Part shown: positions 51,086 through 64,000 of the stretch, piece after piece
How the letters are laid out: each line of letters opens with the position of its first letter
How positions within the stretch are numbered: position 1 is the stretch's first letter
NCBI GenBank assembly: GCA_009103225.1
Contig: RHPI01001507.1
Span: 484,467-548,466, forward strand
Reading direction: 5' to 3'
DNA: 64,000 nucleotides
Source: Chlorokybus atmophyticus
Taxonomy: Eukaryota; Plantae; Mesostigma and Chlorokybus algae
Program-made: the position numbers and the translations under genes
Notes under the pieces: model-generated
Database searches by the model: none
The model's input: the letters and a program-made list of their open reading frames with translations, nothing else
Told to the model about the DNA's origin: nothing

Positions 51086-53705
51086 GGGGGGGGGGCTCTT
51101 TGTTTGTCATGGAGGGTTGTACTCGCACAAATACGGCATGTTGAAGTATAGCACAATTTGCATGTATAGCGTGATGTCATGAGCAACAACAGCTTAATAG
51201 GGTCAAAAGCATAGGTGGATTGAACCATTGATTTCTCGGTGTCCTTTATGTTTACTAAGATAGAATTTGCGGAGTCCCACATCCAACAAGGACAGATAAC
51301 GAGTTGTATTGGTTGATTCATAAAAATCTTATATCGAGCATAATGTTTCTATTATAAAAAGACCTTTAACGACAAAATGAGATGCGGATATATCTATAAT
51401 GCATTTCAACCATAAATACACGGCCAGCCTTTATGATCAAGACCCATCACAATACACATGAGTAGTCCACACTTAATAACATTTATGTCACGTAAACATT
51501 TAGGGCTTGATAGCTATGGTTTTCATTTGCAATCGCTGCGAGTATAGGAATATGATTGCGCAAGTTCACTTAAGTATGTTGCCAACACATCATAAATAAG
51601 TAAACGAATGATAATGCATTGTACTGGTTTTATATTGCATACAATGCAGATGAATGCATTGTTTGCATATTAATCGTTGCTTTACAATCACATCAGTGGT
51701 TATCGTAGCATGCAATATGCCAACTTGTTTTTTGAATTAGCTGCGTGACAACGGTCTTATTGAGCATTCCTAAGTTTACATGACAAGCTCGACTCACCTC
51801 ACACCTTGTTTGTTAACATTACAAGTCAAACCATTTCTACATAGCTTCTACATAGGCAAGAACGAAGTGCACATGATGTATGCAATACACATTGAATGTG
51901 AACACTATTCATTTTTATGGGACATTATATGATAACGCGTTGCGAATTGAAGTACCAAAGGTGAGAGTGTACAGTTTACTTAGGCGTCTCTGCGTTACAG
52001 ATCATCACAAATTACATAAAATTGGCATACAATACATAACTTGCAATAGAGCTGCTGTGAAGCATGCTTAAGCGAAAAAAGAGCCAAATGTGGTGCGCAC
52101 CAATGCACAGCACAAGCTATAAACGACAAGCAAGCAAGCATGCACATACAACTTTGGTTAAATCGTAATAACTTTATGCTCACCATTAACATTCGAATAT
52201 ATGTTGGCTGGCTTTACAACTGTGATGCAATGCATGTCGTAAAATGGAGAAGAAACAATGCACCCAACTCATATGTCTACACCATGTACATAGGCAACCG
52301 GCCGCGCAGACATTTCAAGCACATGCACAATGCAGTCGGGCATAGTACGGTCACTTCTGTATGTACATGTTCATAGTCTTGAGCATAGTGCACGATCATA
52401 GATATATATACAATACAACCCCACCACCCAACCCCACCGGCTTAACTGCCAGCAACCAGGAACCCCAGCGCACTGCAGTGCTGACATGGGCACTGAGCCG
52501 CAAGGGTTGCAGCTAGGGGTTTTCAGTGTCTCAATTTGGTGATGAGGCGCCGTTAGCGCCGGGTTGTGTTATTGGCCGTCGCCATCGCGGGCAGTCACAG
52601 AGTGCAGTTGGTACGCATGGGTCGACTACTGTCGGCGTCATCCTAAGTGGATATGGACCGTCGACTGCCGCTGTCGGTGGTCGATCACGTTCTGCGCATT
52701 CTACCCGTGTTGAAGTGCGAAGTTTGCAAATTTGAGAACAGTGACTTGTCGGTTTGCATGTGCAATTGCTGTTGGCTTTGTAGCCAGCGTCCGCGACTGC
52801 GATGACGCCTCTCAAGACCGATACAGTCATGCATTGATTGACGCCGGATTCAGTAAACAGCAGGCGGAAGCCCCTCGCGACCCGTGACTAGTTGCGTCGC
52901 GAGGGGGCGCAGCAGCAGAGAGGGTGGGAGACAGAGGAGAGGGAGGAGGAAGGGCGGTGTGGTGGCGGAGAAGACAGAGGAGGGCGCAGAGGGGGGAGTC
53001 CTACTGATCTGTTGTCGATGCCATTAATGCCGCGTTGTATAAAACTGACTGCATCGGCCCCCTGTGGGCAGGTGAATGCATATGCATGTGCATGCTTGCA
53101 TGGCTAACGGGGTAGTAGGGGTAGAGTAGTGTGTCAGGTAGAGAATGAACCCAGTGGTTAACTTGACCATAGTGTGGTTGGTATGTGCTGTCTCACTCTG
53201 CATACTACTGACTGTGCATGCCACTATGCATATACGTTTCCGTTTCACAGTATTTGTGCAATGTGTACTAGATACATGCTGATGTACTGCGTGCTTTCAG
53301 TCTAACAACACAATGCTTTATGGTGTGGTGAGTTGACTGCTCATGCATGTATGTGTCACACTCTCATGCATACCACAATCCTTGCACTCTATTTATTATA
53401 CACTCCATGCCCTGGTTGGTGCGGCCATCCCATGCCAGAGGCCAGTCCAGTCTGCTCATGCGGTTGAGGTGAGCGGCTGGCTACCCTACGTTACGGCATA
53501 GGGCATGCATGTCACCGTGCTATTGTGTGGTGTGGTGTGGATAGGTGGGTGCTTGACCGGGAGCACCCTGCATGTGTAGTTGCCTAGTTGAAAGCGAGAG
53601 TTGGTGCCCACCCCACTAGCCATGCATAGCAATGCACAAGATGAAGTCACAAGTGAAAATACATGGGGAGCAGCAAAGTCTGCCTGTGTCATCAAAGTAG
53701 GCGCA

Positions 53706-54680
53706 CACAACCACGACATGCACCGCAGAAGGCGTTTCCCTGCGTGCCGTACATGCATGCGTGTGTGTACTGACAAAACCCTAAGCCGGCAGTTGACAAG
53801 ACGGCAGTAGGCTGGCAGAGATGGCGGTGGGGGTGGGGGTGAAGCGGGAGGGGGAGTCCGTTGAGTCCTGCTGCTGGTGTGGCCGCTACTGCTGCAAGAA
53901 GGCCGCTGACCAAGGCGCATGTGCAGGTGATGACGCACGCATGCATGCATGCATGTCTAATGGGTATGGGCAGTAGAGAAGGTAGGTGGCAGCTAGGTTA
54001 GCAGCCCGGTGGTTAATGAGAGTGCTTCATGGTGTGGTGAATAGACTGCTCATGCATGTGTGTGTCACACTCTCATGCATGCCACAATCCTTGCACTTTA
54101 TTTACTATACACAAAACCATGTGGAAAAAGCAGACAGTGTGCGAAGCATTCTGTATGCATGTATTCTCACATATTTTATACACTACCACTCGCAAGCAAC
54201 ACAATGACACAACCACGACATGCACCGCCGCAGAGGGAGTTTCCGCGCGTGCTGTACATGCAGACTGCTATACCATATGCATGCGTGTGTGTACTGACAA
54301 AACCCTAAGACGGCAGTTGACAAGACGGCAGTAGGAGGCTGGCGGAGCTGGCGGCGGGGGTGTGGGTGAAGCGGGAGGGGGAGGGGGAGTCCGTTGAGTC
54401 CTGCTGCTGGTATGGCCGCTGCTGCCGCAAGAAGGCCGCTGACCAAGGCGCATGTGCAGGTGATGATGCACGCACGCATGCATGCATGCATGCATGTCTA
54501 ATGGGTATGGGCAGTAGAGAAGGTAGGTAGCAGCTAGGTTAGCAGACTGGTGGTTAATGAGAGTGCTTCATAGTGTGGTGAGTAGACTGCTCACACATGT
54601 GCATACAATGCACATGGCATATGTGTGTGTCACACTCTCATGCATGCCACAATCCTTGCATTCCATCCATTTATTATACA
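53706..54680. repeat. Tandem segmental duplication, ~500-bp unit (2 copies plus a partial copy near 53320-53404)
   Basis: CACAACCACGACATGCACCGC...AAAACCCTAAG...GAGTCCTGCTGCTGG...TAATGGGTATGGGCAGTAGAGAAGG recurs from 53706 and from 54208. Confidence 0.92.
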
Positions 54681-55095
54681 ATGCGAAAGCACAACAACAT
54701 CATCCTCTAATAATCTGCCTCAATGCAGGACGGAGTTTATGGTACAATCAAACCTCGATAAGTGCAACATCTGCGCCCCTAGTAAAACCCATTGATAATT
54801 TGCACTCACCAATATGCGACTGACGAATAGCTGTTGCCCGTGGCCTTCGTCTCTGATGATATTTATGCACCAATCGCATTTCAACGATGATAATTGCTAC
54901 AATATGCGCTTAGCGAATATGCACTAATAGCGGCTAGACTGTACCAATCAGCAGCACGTTGATCAGCATATCACCATCTCACAATCCTACCGGTCAAGCA
55001 GGACCACAATATTCTTGCCTGTGCTTTTTCAAACCTAAACACAGAACTTATGCCATACACCCAACAGATGCAGCTTGAGTCCACCGCTGGTATGC

Positions 55096-58000
55096 TCAAC
55101 GCTTGCTGCGCGATGCCCGGCGCTCGTTGGGGTTGCGCTTGCTAAACATGTCAAACTCACCTCGGTGACGGGCTTGCAGCTTCGCCGTTGTGCAGTGCGC
55201 TTTGGAGAAGGCGTCTTCCACGGCAGTGACATCAAACGGGTCCTGCACCATAACATACTACATAAGCGAAGTCCCAGTGCAAACCGTTCACCAGCCAACG
55301 CTATCCTGGGCGAACTACATGATGCATGCGAATGCAGTGTCTGGAGATTGCCTGGATCAGACTGTCACATAGTTGACAGTCTGATCAAAGCAATCTCCAA
55401 CTCGTACCGCAGCTTTCTTTAAGGGTTTCCTAGTTTTGGGTAGTTGATCCTCTCTAAGCACCGGGTTCAGCGCATTCCCTTCGCGGCCGCCAACTGGCTT
55501 TGGCAACGAATACTGCGCAGTTGAAGTGCATATCAGCAACATGACACATGCATACTTAGTGTTGAATGAGATGCAACACCTGCTGGCCACACATGCGGTT
55601 GCTACACCCAGTTAATGTGCTCACTGTGTGAAGTGCATGCTAGCAACATGCAAACAGCAGCACATACATGCACGCGCGAACACATAACCACACATGCACA
55701 GCGCACACGCGCACGTGCTGGCACTCACAGCACGTTCCATGTTGGCAAACATACCCGTGTTCCGCGCAAATTATATCGCTTGCGTCCTCCATAATGCACG
55801 ACGCCGCTCTCATCTATGTTGACAGAGACTCGAAAGAGCGTCCCACCATTGCCGCACTTGGGGCAAAATACGCGCTGCACGTCCCGAGTGACCCTGTCAT
55901 GATCAGCAATGATAAGCAAGCGACAAAGTGCAGGCATGCATATAAGAACTGTATCAGATGGTGTTGCTTACGTCTGGCAAGCTTGACACTTTAGTGCCCA
56001 TCGAGCCAATTGCTGTACACGGCGCCCGTCCAACGTGATCAAACCAATTCCCATTTGCAGCAGCACCTGCCAGATGATAGGGGTTAGACAAGCTGTTGTT
56101 GAAGCACGCTGATGCTTGAACAACCATTGTTCAATCCGCTGATGGAGTACTGTGTGCAACCCCCCAAGGAATTAATTAGGCAATGCTGTGCGCGGTAAAG
56201 AACGGTCAAGACCATTCGGTCATGAATGTTCAACAGCAGCCTTGCTGCTGCGGAGTTAACACAGACGTTGCAACTGCAGTCATGAGTCGCACGCGTACAT
56301 TCTGCATAGCGAAATCGGCGGTTGCACACGCCACAGCGGGAGAGCCATTGACGCGCTCATCTTCAGAGAAGGCATCATCGTCGTGCTCACTCGTACAAGC
56401 TGCAGGCTCTGAAGCTTCCTGCGACGCATTTATGCGCTCGAGATCGCGCTGCAGCTGAGCTTCATCAGCATCGCGCTGTGCCTAACAATGCACACCATCA
56501 ACATGATACACGCAGGCTTGTGCAACAACATGGACAGCAACACACGCAATGTGCATGCTCACAAGGCAAGCCAATAAGCGCACGCAGGCACATGAGCGCA
56601 CGCACAGGCACACACATGCGCATACTCGCATCCAGTCGAGCATGCAAAAGGCTTGCAAGGCAATATGACTATACCTGATGGCGCGCCTCTCGTTTCATGT
56701 GTCGTATGCGCGTGCTTCGGCTCACTGGCTTCTCCCAGCCGTCATCATCCTGAACATCGGCTGACGCACCCTGCAAAGACAAATGCAAAGCATTGGTTGC
56801 AAGGTGGTGTTAATCAAGGGAACAAAACCACAGCCATGCCGACAACAATTGCTTGACTATCTACAGCTGGCTGCAGATGGCTTAGCTTACCGCATCAGAC
56901 ATGCTGACGGAAGGTTCCGCTGCAACAGGTGACTCCGCTGCAGATGCATTCACTTCTTCTATTGGGGCACCCTAAAATACACATACGAATGTTAACAACA
57001 GCACTAAAGTGTGAGCAAGTCATGGTGCCAAGAATGTGAACCAATGTAATGCACAAGCCGTGAGAGCATGTAAAATCACTCTGCACACCTGTTGTACCTG
57101 AGGTGCTGCAGGGCGCAGGTTGGCCCGCTGATCAGGTTGCGAACTTGGAGTGGCGGGTTCCTCCTCCCACTCTTGAGGGTTTTTCACCTTCGCGCACACA
57201 ATGCGCATCAGCAACACTCGTTGCTAACCAACCCAACCCAACCCACGATAGGAGAAACCTCCCGATTACCAGCTGCATGTGACACACTTGGCCCTAGGAG
57301 TCTCTGATGCTTATAGATATACAACAGACAAACAAGACTGAACTGACATGCATCATGCCATCCTCACCTGGCCCCAGCCTGGCAACGGCCTCTCCGACAG
57401 ATTCTTTGCACCAGGCCGAAGGACGGTTGGAGGCGCGGGAGTCTCCGGCATACGCCTGTCAGGCTGTGTCTTGCGCTCCAAGTCGTGAGCCAATGCCAGC
57501 AACTGCACAAATGAGCACAACACATACAACTAGTCAGCATTCACAAAACAGCAAAGCTGACTTGCAACTCTGGTGTTATTAGATACTGCATTAGTCAATA
57601 AGCACCTGCACTACCAGGCATGGCAGCACAAAATGGCAACACATACAAGCACGCGTATGTGGGTACAATTGCAGATGCGTGTACGTGTTATCTGCGCGCA
57701 TACATGTGCAGGTGTGCACGCGACCGTGCATGTGCCCACGCACATGCACATGCCTGCCTGTGTGCGCGCGCATATCTGTGCAAGTACATGCATGCATGCA
57801 TGCACACATCCACACACACAAGGGCAAGAGTTATGGCAACTGCAACCACTGCCTCGGTATGTGACTTACTTGCATATCTGTGACGGAAAGGATGCCAATG
57901 TCACCAGTGGCCTTTGCAAATCGCGCAACATGACGCACAGATGCCTCCTCCGGCGTTAAGGTTTCAATCTGAAATGCAGCCATCTGCATGCAAAACTACT

Positions 58001-58713
58001 TATCAGCACAATAAGATCATGAGCTTCAAGTTACAAATAGTGCAAGCTGGTGAGAACGTTGGAGGATCCGAGAAAAATCTGCGGGGTGTCAAGCAACATT
58101 CAAATCAAGTTGATGCTTTTTGGCTTTCAACAAGCTGCCAGCACGCATTGTTGCCCCCACTTCTCGATGGCAAACCCAATGTTGTTGCGCACACAATTTC
58201 AATGCGACATGCTAACTGTAAATGCAGGACGTGCAACGCGACAACGAGACACACATCATCATTGCCAAACAAGCAACAAGCATGAGCTACTCCACGTGAG
58301 CTTGGTTGTGGAATTTCAATAGGTGCGCACCGTGATCATGAAATTACGAGCAATTGCTACTCTGCACATGCTAAAATCGAGCACTCAGCTGAGCAACGTT
58401 GAGCATCGTTGAGCATGCACATCATGAACTCAGCTGGCGGTCCATCGAGTTGGGGAGTCGAGAACAACCAACATGAGTAGCAACTGGTGCTTGAGGTTAC
58501 GAACGTATTCTCAGACTGCACCTGATTGGTGAGAGCTGTGCGTGAGGCAAAGTCCCGGACTTCAGCCAGGGCTTGCGGCACCGTGGCGAGCCTGCGGCCG
58601 ACATGTCGCAGCTTGGACGCTCCGCCAGAGGCAATAAGCGCAGATGCATCCACGACAACCCACTCGTACTCCCCATGACCGGCCACCTCCGGGGCAGCCG
58701 CGTCCAGCGCCAT
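55096..58713 (-). CDS. NOB1: 20S pre-rRNA D-site endonuclease NOB1 (PIN domain plus Zn ribbon)
   Basis: VVVDASALI...TVPQALAEVRD (PIN); LPGWG; DDDGWEKPVSRSTR; VACATADFAMQN|VLLQMG...WALKCQAC; FCPKCGNGGTL..V; NLRGTR|YSLPKPVGGR; VLREDQL; final exon ...RNPNERRASRSKR*. Confidence 0.96.
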
Positions 58714-58737
58714 GCCGCCGCCGCTACCACCGCCGCC

Positions 58738-58747
58738 AAACCCTAAA
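58738..58747. promoter_or_regulatory. Telo-box in the NOB1 5' region
   Basis: AAACCCTAAA lies 25 bp upstream of the NOB1 ATG. Telo-boxes are typical of plant ribosome-biogenesis genes. Confidence 0.7.
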
Positions 58748-59474
58748 TGCACACTTGCGTGCAAGCCACGCATGCACTAGCTGTACAAGGCGCACAAGAG
58801 GCACAAGAGGCACAAGCAGGCAGAGGAGATATCGCAGCCGCTGTCCCGCGAGCGACATTGAAGTTGATATCTGCAACTTCACAAATGTAAGACACGTGGC
58901 GCGCCCGTAAGTAGGTTTCGCAACACACTTGCAACTGATTGATTTGCAGAGATCGCCATTGCGCCGCACGCTAACGTATGAACTTAGCTACCTTTGTCTC
59001 TGTATGCCGCAGCGAGTGGGTGGCCAGCCTTCCATTAACGCACGTATGGAAGACAGAACAAGGTGGTGAACTCGCACGGTGGCTTCACTACGGAACAAAA
59101 CGTGCCCGCGGCCGAATCACAGCGGCGAATTGCGGGCTGACAGTCCGGGGTTCCAGCAAATACCTGCGACCATAGCGCGAAATGTGACCGGAGGCACTGC
59201 AACCACGTGCTTGGCAGGCAAAAGCAGCTACAGTACAGCAGCTGGTAGCTTTGGCTGACTGGGCTGTGGAGCAGGGCGGCGGCGGCAGCGGCGTTGCTGC
59301 CGTTGTTGGGGTCGTTGGTGTGAGGAGGGTTCTTGTGAGAAGCTTACTTTACGTTGATTTGGTTGTTTGCAAGGCGTAAGTGCTGCTGGTAGCTTGAATT
59401 ACGTGAGGGAATTGCTGGTAGTTAGCTGCTGGCTGCTGGCTTAGGCTGCCGCCGCAGCATTGCGGGCGGCAGCA

Positions 59475-62400
59475 ATGCGGGCTGCTGTGTGGTGCTCATG
59501 GGTTCTAGGCTTGATTGTGCTTGTTAGTGTGGTAAGTAGTCAATCTGTGACAAACGAGCCCTGTCTTCCGCAGTGCGTAATTCAACCACCTGGTAAGTGA
59601 GCCCCTGTAATGCATGTGCAAACAAGCTTGGTCAAGTCACGTGCATAAACCGTCTCACTAGACTAGCATTTAGTAAACGTGGTAGAGTATTAGTGCTTGC
59701 TGGAGTAAGACACGACTGCTTGTAGCATGTTTTGTCAGCAGCAGGACGCTTGCAGCACTTTGCATAGGGCATGCTATGTCGTCAGCAACTGGCTTCGGTT
59801 ACAGTGCGTGCTGTGTACTTCAATACTTGTAAGTTGGTCATCACGTTTAGTGCTATGCACCTGTCACGTGGTTGAAAAGAGTCGTTGCAGTTTCTGCAAC
59901 AAGTGAGATCTGCTGCATGATGTAGAGCGTCTGTATGCACGGATGATACACTGGGATTATCAGGAATCACATCGGGTATTACTGGTGGCGCATGCTTGCC
60001 TAACCGGCTGTTAGCAAATGAAGCAATGTTGTCTAGTTGGAAGCAGCTGTGTGCGGTCCGCCCTGTCCTCGTTGTTAGATCAAACAGAGGCACGGCTTGC
60101 AACATCAGTCAGTGTGCATGTCTGCATACGTCAATATGATGTAGACTTATGTCACATGTTGTCATCCTAGCTGGCTCATGCGTTGGCCAAGCAGTTGTGA
60201 CGGTGCAGTCTACATCTAACTCAACTTGTGTGGCACAGTTGATGCCACTGCGGGGCTTGGCTTTTCCTTCTTCAACACTTCGCTGTGCAACTTCCCTTCC
60301 GAAAGCGCGGCTCACTGCTTCGATCGCATTGGCGGTTGCTCAGTAAGCATACCACGCCAGCTATGTGGTTACGCTAATACCCTGGTGTTGCATGCTGTCA
60401 CATGCATTCCTTGGCTTATCACTGCTCCTTGTGCAGTTATGCAACACAGCTGTCACTAGCGACAGCGCTTCCGGCAGCTGCCCACCATGCATATGTCTGA
60501 GCTACTATCCCCATGCGGCTGGCTGCGCCTCAAGCGGTTCGCTCCCACCAAATGCAATAAAGCTTTCATGTTTCATTGCAATCGTGAAGTGCAATCTCAT
60601 CAATGCAATGCTTTCAGTGAGAGTAGTCGCTGAGCGGTATCGTTGTATGCAGCTTCATCACCTCCTAGTAGAGCACCGTCGCCAAGCCCTGCTGCAGGTT
60701 GGTCACATGTGGCTTGGTATGGATGCATCCACTGGTTAACACGCCATGACTACTAACTTGTGTGTGTGCATGTGTTGTCCAGGACCAGCCGTACCGCCAA
60801 CTAAAGCCCCTCCACCACGCCTTGCTCCTCGCCCTCCACCCTCCCGCGCACGAGCACCAGTTATGGCTCCAACAAGCACAGGTTGCATGTGTTTCTGTGT
60901 GTTGCACACAGCCACTGCTGTGTGCTATGCGAGAAAGACGGGTGGTGCATGCATTGCTGGGGAGTGTTGACTTGTGTGCGATGCGCAGGGGTTACAATTG
61001 ATTTGCGCGGCGAGGTTGTGCCATTCTCAACCAGGCGGCGACGGCAGTTTGAGCGAGCGCTTGTTGAGTTTCTCAGCATTCCAGGCTCAAGGTTGAGCTC
61101 TGTTCATGAACCAGTCCAAGATAGTGCGCACACACACGCACACATGTGCACACATGCTTACGCGTACATTCATGCATGCACACATGCCTGGCCAATGCAT
61201 ATGCAGTCCACATTTCAGATCAGATCTGTTCAAGGGATGGGAAACCAGCTCCATGCCTTGGATGGCATCGCTCACTCTATAATTTACGAATTGTGGCTTG
61301 CACAAGTTGTGTGTAACCTGAAACCAAGTGTTAGTCCATGACACCTGATGGAGTGTGCTCTTTCCTGCAGCGTGCCAGCTATCTCGGTAGTTTCCGCTGT
61401 GGCGCTGAACGACAACTCGACGGTGCGCGTGACGTACATGCTCACAACTAACCCGCTCTTGCAAGAGACACAGCAAACAATTCTGCTCAACGCAACCGCC
61501 GCGGCTTGCAACAATACCAATACCATAGAACCTGACCCTTTGCTCGTCAGATTTCAAATAGCAGGTAACAGTGATGGCGCATGATGCATGCCAACGTTGA
61601 ATTCTCAAAGCATGTCATGCTCTCTGAACAGGTCTGAATGTGACGAGTGCCTGTCCTGTTGTGGACTTGTTTGCACCGGCACCGAGCCCGTCAAACAACA
61701 CTGCCATCAACAACACGAGCCCGGCCCCAAGCTCTAATAGTGGCACACTTCCTCCTCCACCAGGTACAATGCGAAGCGCGTGATTATGCATGTTGGTATG
61801 TGTTAGCCTCACCACTGGTTTGGCTTAACATTGCAGTGTTGTCTTGCAGACAATGGTAAGCTCGCGGACGGTTGGATTGTCCTCATTGCGCTGTTGAGCT
61901 TGCTGGTGGTGGTGTTGCTTCTGCTCGCTTTGGGCCTCTTTGCGCGCCACAGAAGACGGCAATACTATCTGTCAAAGCGCGCGCGGGAAACAACAAAAGG
62001 TGCTACTGCAAACTACCCACAAACAAGTTACCAGCTGTCGTCGTCGTGACCTGACTTATAGTTGGTATTTGCACCTGCTTGCAGCACCGGTTGCAGCAGA
62101 GGCTGAAACTCTGCCGACTAGTACTTCCACGACGGATGCAGTTGCACCCCAGGTACATTGAAGTGCAACGATTGTCAGCATCGGCTGTGTGATAAGATAA
62201 TGCCGGTGTGTCATGTATGTGTCTGTCAAACGTGCCAGTGATGGTCAATTTGGCAACCTCCTGAGCAGTTCGTTCTTCAGGAGAGCTTGTCCAATTCAGG
62301 CGCTGCGCCTGATCCTCGGCTCAAAGATGTATGTCCACATTGTGTTTGCACATGCGGTTGCTTCTCATACACGCGCATGCAACAGACACCCACTGACACA

Positions 62401-62562
62401 TGCATCAGCACATGTGTATGCACACGTCTACAACACCTGCGCAGACTCGCACGCATGCATGCAGAAATTCACAACTCACCTTGCTGTATGCAGGCAAGCT
62501 ACATGCCACCCATACACGAGTCTTCAGAAATTGTGCGTGGGGTGACTACCCCGAGGCTGTAA
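59475..62562 (+). CDS. Type I membrane protein: signal peptide, Cys-rich region, Pro-rich AGP-like linker, SEA-like segment, TM helix, short cytoplasmic tail
   Basis: MRAAVWCSWVLGLIVLVSV signal; Cys-rich exons (splicing not fully resolved); SSPPSRAPSPSPAAGPAVPPTKAPPPRLAPRPPP; GVTIDLRGEVVPFSTRRRRQFERALVEFL; FAPAPSPS; TM GWIVLIALLSLLVVVLLLLALGLFARHRRR; phase-consistent tail exons ending ...GVTTPRL* at 62562. Confidence 0.75.
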
Positions 62563-64000
62563 ATGCTGAGGGAAGCGCAAATGCAGTTTGATTACCAAGC
62601 CACTGACGCACACTGACAAGCCACAACAACCAGAGCAACAATTACAGTTTACGTTTAGGCAATATGTGCCGAATGCTATCATTGTCATAGTGCGCTTGGC
62701 ACCTGTGTTGACGTTGACACAACACCTGTGACATGCGGACATGTGAGACCAGGGACAGATGCCACTCTGATTCTTAGGGAGTAGTGCTATTGCCTGCTAG
62801 ATGACTAGTTATCACCGTTGGTTGTAGCTTTCGTAAGTATGCTTTTTGTGTAGGGTAGGGATATGTCATCACGAGGTTATTGCTCGTGGTAAGAAAGTGG
62901 AGATTAGATTGGGGTGGTCGCACATGCAGCCAGCACAGGTGAATTCTATAGAAGGTCTTTATAGAAACGCACACTTGGTTGGACATGCGTCATGCATTGT
63001 GTGCATACTCGTTTCAGTTGCAGTTGTATACCTCTTACATAATGCAGGGACACCCAGCCCCTGCTGCCTGCAATGCACACTGTGTGTGCATGCATGAGCG
63101 TGCGTGTGTGCTGCAGAGAGCCCAAGTTATACAGACACATGCAAGTTGCTTGCTTTACATTTGCTGCCCACGCTTCGCACAAACGCATGCATTGGCCCTG
63201 TCTTCAGGTCGGTTGCCTGCTTGGCTGCCTGCCTACACCCTTGCATAGGGTATACATCATAGTCATCCCAAGTTACACACATAGGCTTAGTGCGCAAACA
63301 TGCAGTATACAAGAACAAGCCAACAAGAACGAGCAAACACAATTACTACACCAGGGGCCTTCACCTAATCTACACCACACTAAGTGCCTTATGTGCTATG
63401 CAAGTGTCGTGCATCAGCCATCAGCAGCAGCAGCAGCAGCAGGCGTAACCAACCTGTGAATCATAGGCATATACAGCACATAGGGCGCTAGTGTAAAAGG
63501 TTAAGGGCTCTGGATGTAGTTGACGTTGTTCTTACTTGTTAGCTCTCTGCTCTCCTACTATTGTGGTGAGTATTTATTGTTGTTGTTGTTGAGCATGGTG
63601 TGCCTTACAATTTATGCCTTCATGCACTCATACACAAATCCAAGGCCACTAGGCTATGCTTTAGCTTCGCCTCAGCGACCCACTCTACTACTAATCCGTG
63701 ACTTCTATATACAGATGGCTGCCCATCTCAACGAATCATGCCATAGGTGAGTTGGCATTCTATATGAGCAATAAAGCTTAGGGAAGTTGACCACACGCGG
63801 AGGGCAACGACATTATTATAACTGTTGCCGATTAAAGTTCGCATTTGTTTAAGCCTAAACGCGGGTAAGTATAATCAGTCTGTATGTTATACGACAATAG
63901 ATGTTGATTAGCACAACATGCATATGATATGAATGAAGTTACACAATTGCATATTACAACAGCTCTTCCCGATTTTATACATTATCATTACCCGTATAGC

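Noticed and set aside
52539-52545. C-box GTGATGA suggesting a C/D snoRNA
   Set aside because: No D box (CTGA) at a suitable distance and no terminal stem.
62600-64000. Scattered short ORFs and splice-like sites at the window end
   Set aside because: Could not assemble a phase-consistent or recognisable gene model.

Overview
Eukaryotic nuclear scaffold from a short-read-style assembly, with N gaps at 28852-29082 and 50995-51085 and single Ns at 9062 and 45995. The organism is probably a green alga or early streptophyte. This is inferred from plant-type ALMT, bHLH-ACT, DUF179 and GT29 genes, telo-boxes, and short GT-AG introns full of CA/TG repeats. Bases 1-21.9 kb are a transposon-rich block. 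It holds a decayed minus-strand Helitron RepHel (HUH Rep plus PIF1 helicase) followed by a co-oriented second gene carrying a disrupted GIY-YIG endonuclease motif, and a TTAA-flanked MITE. It also holds a Ty3/gypsy chromovirus with intact gag and pol, a Tc2/pogo-like MITE, and further LTR and Mutator-like remnants. Bases 22-64 kb are gene-rich: bHLH-ACT transcription factor (+), ALMT anion channel (-), an acidic hypothetical protein (-), a plastid-type DUF179/YqgE protein (-), a GT29 sialyltransferase-like protein (+), a frameshifted SAWADEE-like gene (-), a 4.3-kb perfect (AG)n tract (probably partly artefactual), NOB1 (-), and a Cys/Pro-rich type I membrane protein (+). The best candidates for something undescribed are the Helitron plus GIY-YIG gene pair and the SAWADEE-like chromatin reader. 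All calls come from manual translation and motif recognition; no database searches were run.
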